DNA from: Isoptericola halotolerans
GTDB taxonomy: Bacteria > Actinomycetota > Actinomycetes > Actinomycetales > Cellulomonadaceae
DNA: 64,000 nucleotides
NCBI RefSeq assembly: GCF_013149785.1
Contig: NZ_JABEZU010000003.1
Span: forward strand, 372,001-436,000
Direction: 5' to 3'
The translations under genes were made by a program, and so were the position numbers. Positions 59,810 to 64,000 of this stretch are shown piece after piece. Positions within the stretch are counted from its first letter, which is position 1; each line of letters begins with the position of its first letter. Below the pieces are notes generated by a model, which did not search any database, had not been told where the DNA came from, and saw nothing but the letters and a program-made list of their open reading frames with translations.

Positions 59810-60580
59810 TCAGCGCACGTCGACACCCGCCGCGCGCATCGCGTCCTTGACCTGACCGATCGTCAACGTCCCGAAGTGGAAGACGCTGGCGGCCAGCACC
59901 GCGTCCGCGCCGGCCCGGGCGGCCTCGACGAAGTGCTCGGGCGTCCCGGCACCGCCGGAGGCGATGAGAGGCACCGACACCCGCTCGCGCACCGCAGCCA
60001 GCATCTCCAGGTCGAAGCCGGCGGTCGTGCCGTCCGCGTCCATCGAGTTCAGCAGGATCTCTCCCGCACCCAGCCCGGCCGCACGCTCGGCCCACGCCAC
60101 GGCGTCGATCCCCGTGCCGCGCCGCCCGCCGTGGGTCGTGACCTCGTACCCCGACGGCGTGATCGTGCCACCGGTCGCGCGGCGCGCGTCCACCGACAGC
60201 GTCAGCACCTGGTTGCCGAACCGGTCGGCGATCTCCGCGATCAGCTCCGGCCGGGCGATGGCCGCGGTGTTGACGCCCACCTTGTCCGCCCCCGCACGGA
60301 GCAGGCGGTCGACGTCGTCCGTCGTGCGGACACCGCCGCCGACGGTGAGCGGGACGAAGACCTGGTCGGCGGTCCGTCGGACGACGTCCACCATCGTCTC
60401 GCGGTTGCCCGACGACGCGGACACGTCGAGGAAGGTCACCTCGTCGGCGCCCTCGGTGTCGTACCTGTCGGCGAGCTCGACAGGGTCACCCGCGTCACGC
60501 AGGTTCGTGAAGTTCACGCCCTTGACGACGCGGCCGGCGTCGACGTCCAGGCACGGGATCACCCGTACGGCCACAGTCAT
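59810..60580 (-). CDS. hisF: Imidazole glycerol phosphate synthase cyclase subunit
   Basis: [33 protein letters not shown]. Confidence 0.97.
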   Translation of the reverse strand: MTVAVRVIPCLDVDAGRVVKGVNFTNLRDAGDPVELADRYDTEGADEVTFLDVSASSGNRETMVDVVRRTADQVFVPLTVGGGVRTTDDVDRLLRAGADKVGVNTAAIARPELIAEIADRFGNQVLTLSVDARRATGGTITPSGYEVTTHGGRRGTGIDAVAWAERAAGLGAGEILLNSMDADGTTAGFDLEMLAAVRERVSVPLIASGGAGTPEHFVEAARAGADAVLAASVFHFGTLTIGQVKDAMRAAGVDVR

Positions 60581-60587
60581 GTGCTGG

Positions 60588-61598
60588 TCATCCTCCAGTG
60601 GTCGGGTCGTCGGGCGCCGCCGCCCGCGAGGCCTCCTCGACGGGTTCGTCGATCTCGTCGGTCGTGTCCTCGCCGGCCCCGCCCTCGGAGGCCTCCTCGG
60701 TGACCTGGTACCGCGCGTCCAGGATGTCGACGACGTACACGAGCGTCTCGTCCGCGAGCTCGCTGCCGGTGCCACCGTAGCCGAGCTGCGGCGGCACGAC
60801 GAGCATCACCTGCGAACCCACGGACTGCTCGAGAAGACCTTGGTCCCAACCCTCGATGAGCCGGCCGATGCCGATCGTCGCGGACTGCGGGGCGACGTCG
60901 GGGTCCCAGCTCGAGTCGACCACCGCGCCGTCGCTCCATCGCACCAGCACGTACCGGGCCGTCACCACCTGACCGATGTCCACCTGCGGCCCGGAACCAC
61001 GCACCAGCGGCTGCACCAGCAGCTCGTCGGGGGGCTCGGCGTCAGGAAGCCGGACGGACGGCGAGCCGTCCAGGTCCCGCACCACCCGCGGCAACCCCTC
61101 GGGAGCCTCGACCGTGGTCCCCGACGCCCGGGTGGGCAGCACGTCCACCACGAGGACCACCGGGACGTCGCCGTCCTTCTCCACCACCAGCACACGCGCC
61201 CCGACACGCTTGCCGCGCAGGGAGTCGTACAGGTTCTGGCCCAGCGACTCGGGCTCGAAGGTGTACCAGGCGGGGGCGTCCAGGTAGGTCGACGAGATCA
61301 CGCTGCCGTCGCGGCCGTCCTCCGCGTACATGTGCAGCAGCACCGGGCCGCCGTCCTCGATCGGCTCCCCCGCGCCCGGCCGGACGGTGCGGGAACCGGA
61401 CCGGACGACCTCGTACGGCTGCGGGTAGTCGACCACGGGCGGCTCACCCTCGGCACCGCTCACCTCGACCGGCACCTGGGACGGCACCGACGACGGAGTC
61501 AGCTCCTCCAGCAGGGGCGACGAGCAGCCACCGACGGCCGCCACCGCGAGCCAGCCGGCGACAGCAGCAGCGAGCAGGCGGGGACGACGGGGCAGCAC
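60588..61598 (-). CDS. FKBP-type peptidyl-prolyl isomerase lipoprotein
   Basis: Lipobox-like [34 protein letters not shown]. Confidence 0.9.
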   Translation of the reverse strand: MLPRRPRLLAAAVAGWLAVAAVGGCSSPLLEELTPSSVPSQVPVEVSGAEGEPPVVDYPQPYEVVRSGSRTVRPGAGEPIEDGGPVLLHMYAEDGRDGSVISSTYLDAPAWYTFEPESLGQNLYDSLRGKRVGARVLVVEKDGDVPVVLVVDVLPTRASGTTVEAPEGLPRVVRDLDGSPSVRLPDAEPPDELLVQPLVRGSGPQVDIGQVVTARYVLVRWSDGAVVDSSWDPDVAPQSATIGIGRLIEGWDQGLLEQSVGSQVMLVVPPQLGYGGTGSELADETLVYVVDILDARYQVTEEASEGGAGEDTTDEIDEPVEEASRAAAPDDPTTGG

Positions 61599-61620
61599 CG
61601 GGACAGTCTGCCACGAGTCG

Positions 61621-62982
61621 TCACATCGACTCGATGAGCCGCTCGACCCTCTCGTCGACGTTGCGGAACGGGTCCTTGCACAGCACGGTGCGCTGCGCCT
61701 GGTCGTTCAGCTTCAGGTGCACCCAGTCCACGGTGTAGTCCCGTCGCGCCTCCTGGGCGGCACGGACGAAGTCGCCGCGGAGCTTGGCGCGTGTCGTCTG
61801 CGGCGGGACCGCGGTCGACTCGAAGACCTCGAGGTCGGTCACGACGCGATCGACCATCCCCCGTGCAGCGAGCAGGTTGTACAGCCCTTCGGTCCGCGAG
61901 ATGTCGTGGTAGGCCAGGTCGAGACGAGCGACGCGCGCATCGTCGAGGGTGAGCCCGTGCTTGGCCTGGTAGCGCTCGATGAGACGCTTCTTGATGACCC
62001 AGTCGAGCTCCCGCTCCACGAGCGTCAGGTCGCCCGACTCCAGGGCCCTGAGCCCTCGCTCCCACAGGTCCAGCACCTGCTTGACCTGCGGCGTGAGCTC
62101 GAGGTGGGTCTCGACGTGCTCGCGGACGCGTTGGTAGTACTCCCCCTGCAGGTCGACCGCCGTGGCCGTGCGCCCGTTCGCCAGCTGGACCGGAGCCAGC
62201 CCGGACGAGTCATGGCTGATCTCCCGGATCGCCCGGATCGGGTTCTCCAGCGTCAGGTCGCGCACCGGGATACCCGCCTCGACCAGGCGGAGCACCAGGT
62301 CGGTGGCACCGACCTTCAGCATCGTCGTGGTCTCCGACATCGACGAGTCCCCGACGATCACGTGCAGCCGGCGATAGTGCTCGGCGTCCGCGTGCGGCTC
62401 GTCACGCGTGTTGATGATCGGGCGCGACCGCGTCGTCGCGCTGGAGACGGCCTCCCAGATGTGGTCCGCACGCTGCGACAGGCAGTAGGTGGCACCCCGG
62501 GGCGTCGTCAGCACCTTGCCCGCGCCGGTGAGCACCTGGCGCGTGATGAGGAACGGGACAAGCACGTCGCTCAGGCGGGAGAAGTCCCCCTGCCGCCGGA
62601 CCAGGTAGTTCTCGTGGCAGCCGTAGGAGTTGCCGGCCGAGTCGGTGTTGTTCTTGAACAGGTGGACCTTGCCCGGCAGGCCCTCGTGCTCGAGGCGTTG
62701 CTGGGCGTCGGCGACGAGACCTTCGAGGATCCGCTCACCACCACGGTCGTAGGCGACGAGCTGGCGCACGTCGTCGCACTCGGCCGTGGCGTACTCCGGG
62801 TGCGACCCGACGTCGAGGTAGAGCCGCGAACCGTTGCGCAGGAACACGTTGGACGACCGGCCCCACGCCACGACCTTGCGGAAGAGGTAGCGGGCCACCT
62901 CGTCGGCACTCAGGCCGCGGCCGTCGTCGGCGGCGCACGTGACGCCGTACTCCGTCTCGAGCCCGAAGATCCGTCGGTCCAT
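61621..62982 (-). CDS. pafA: Pup-protein ligase
   Basis: [47 protein letters not shown]. Confidence 0.97.
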   Translation of the reverse strand: MDRRIFGLETEYGVTCAADDGRGLSADEVARYLFRKVVAWGRSSNVFLRNGSRLYLDVGSHPEYATAECDDVRQLVAYDRGGERILEGLVADAQQRLEHEGLPGKVHLFKNNTDSAGNSYGCHENYLVRRQGDFSRLSDVLVPFLITRQVLTGAGKVLTTPRGATYCLSQRADHIWEAVSSATTRSRPIINTRDEPHADAEHYRRLHVIVGDSSMSETTTMLKVGATDLVLRLVEAGIPVRDLTLENPIRAIREISHDSSGLAPVQLANGRTATAVDLQGEYYQRVREHVETHLELTPQVKQVLDLWERGLRALESGDLTLVERELDWVIKKRLIERYQAKHGLTLDDARVARLDLAYHDISRTEGLYNLLAARGMVDRVVTDLEVFESTAVPPQTTRAKLRGDFVRAAQEARRDYTVDWVHLKLNDQAQRTVLCKDPFRNVDERVERLIESM

Positions 62983-62992
62983 GGTCTCCCCC

Positions 62993-63712
62993 TCAGTCGT
63001 TCCCGGCGAGCAGGCCCGCGAGCACGTCGCCGTGCAGGCGGCGGAACGTACGCCGCGGACGGTCGCGCTCGAGCACCGCGACCTCCAGACCGGACGCCGG
63101 GATGGGGCGCTCGGCGCCCTCGGCCGCGACGGTGCCGTCCGGGGACACCGCGCCGAGCGCGCTCACCGCGACACGGAGCACGGCCCCCAGGTCCATCCCC
63201 TCCGACCACGCGGCACGCACCCGCGCCGTGAGCTGGTCGGCCTGGCCGCCCATCACCACGAAGCCGTGCTCGTCGGCCACGGACCCGTCGTAGCTCAACC
63301 GGTAGAGCTGGTCCTGCGCCGGTGCGGCACCGACCTCGGCCACGACGAGCTCCACCTCCAACGGCTTGGACTCGGTGGTGAACACCGTGCCGAGCGTCTG
63401 GGCGTAGGCGTTCGCCAGCCCGCGGGCCGTGACGTCCGTGCGGTCGTAGGAGTAGCCGCGCAGGTCCGCGTACCGCACCCCGGCGACCCGCAGGTTCTCG
63501 AACTCGTTGTACTTGCCCACCGCAGCGAACGCGATGCGGTCGTAGATCTCGGAGATCTTGTGCAGGGCACGCGACGGGTTCTCGGTCGCGAACGCGATGC
63601 CTCCGGCATAGGCGAGCACGACGACGGACCGCCCGCGTCCGATGCCCTTGCGTGCGAAGTCCGCCCGGTCCTTCATCAGCTGCTCGGGCGAGACGTAGAA
63701 CGGCATGCTCAT
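62993..63712 (-). CDS. prcA: 20S proteasome alpha subunit
   Basis: [32 protein letters not shown]. Confidence 0.97.
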   Translation of the reverse strand: MSMPFYVSPEQLMKDRADFARKGIGRGRSVVVLAYAGGIAFATENPSRALHKISEIYDRIAFAAVGKYNEFENLRVAGVRYADLRGYSYDRTDVTARGLANAYAQTLGTVFTTESKPLEVELVVAEVGAAPAQDQLYRLSYDGSVADEHGFVVMGGQADQLTARVRAAWSEGMDLGAVLRVAVSALGAVSPDGTVAAEGAERPIPASGLEVAVLERDRPRRTFRRLHGDVLAGLLAGND

Positions 63713-64000
63713 GCGTGCTGGCCTCCCTCGCTGCGTGCGGCGACGATCCGTCCGACGACCGCCGCGAGCGTCTCGTCGTCGACGCGGCGGTAGCCCTCGG
63801 CCGTCACCGTGGCGACCACCGGCCAGATCCTGCGCACGGTGTCCGGCCCGCCGGTCGCGCTGTCGTCGTCGGCCGCGTCGTAGAGGGCCTCCACGGCGAC
63901 CGAGACGGCACCCTCGGAGTCCAGCCCGGCTCGCCACAGCTTCTTCAGCGCACCGCGGGCGAAGACCGAGCCGGAGCCCACCGAGTGGTGCTCACGCTCC
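63709..64000 (-). CDS. prcB: 20S proteasome beta subunit, 3' part
   Basis: [27 protein letters not shown]; overlaps prcA start. Confidence 0.93.
   Translation of the reverse strand, partial: EREHHSVGSGSVFARGALKKLWRAGLDSEGAVSVAVEALYDAADDDSATGGPDTVRRIWPVVATVTAEGYRRVDDETLAAVVGRIVAARSEGGQHA

Overview
High-GC actinobacterial chromosome, probably Micrococcales (inferred from gene content and codon style). Positions 1 to about 40,970 are most of an apparently intact temperate siphovirus prophage with an HK97-type head. It carries an immunity region, an early/recombination/replication operon, packaging, head, tail and lysis genes, and an extra fibre module. It ends at a duplicated 3' fragment of a tRNA (probably tRNA-Leu) that looks like attR; the integrase and attL must lie left of the window. 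Positions 41,048-64,000 are ordinary minus-strand host genes: pyk, gltD, gltB, lgt, trpA/B/C, trpE, hisI, two ABC half-transporters, hisF, an FKBP, pafA, prcA and partial prcB. The most unusual signals are all in the prophage. (1) Two free-standing HNH genes each duplicate the end of the neighbouring gene (3' end of ruvC; 5' end of the tape measure), and several other cassettes are flanked by duplicated gene-boundary sequences. (2) A hairpin loop is complementary to four ACCTGTG repeats covering the RBS and start codon of the tail-assembly chaperone. (3) A C5 methyltransferase contains a nested alternative-frame gene with its own strong RBS and repeated LPTP modules. (4) A tetrapeptide-repeat protein has a mirror-ordered 15 x 12-bp array. 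(5) A GNAT-like gene missed by the ORF track is paired with a small partner downstream of the repressor. All functional calls come from motif recognition by eye; no searches were run.
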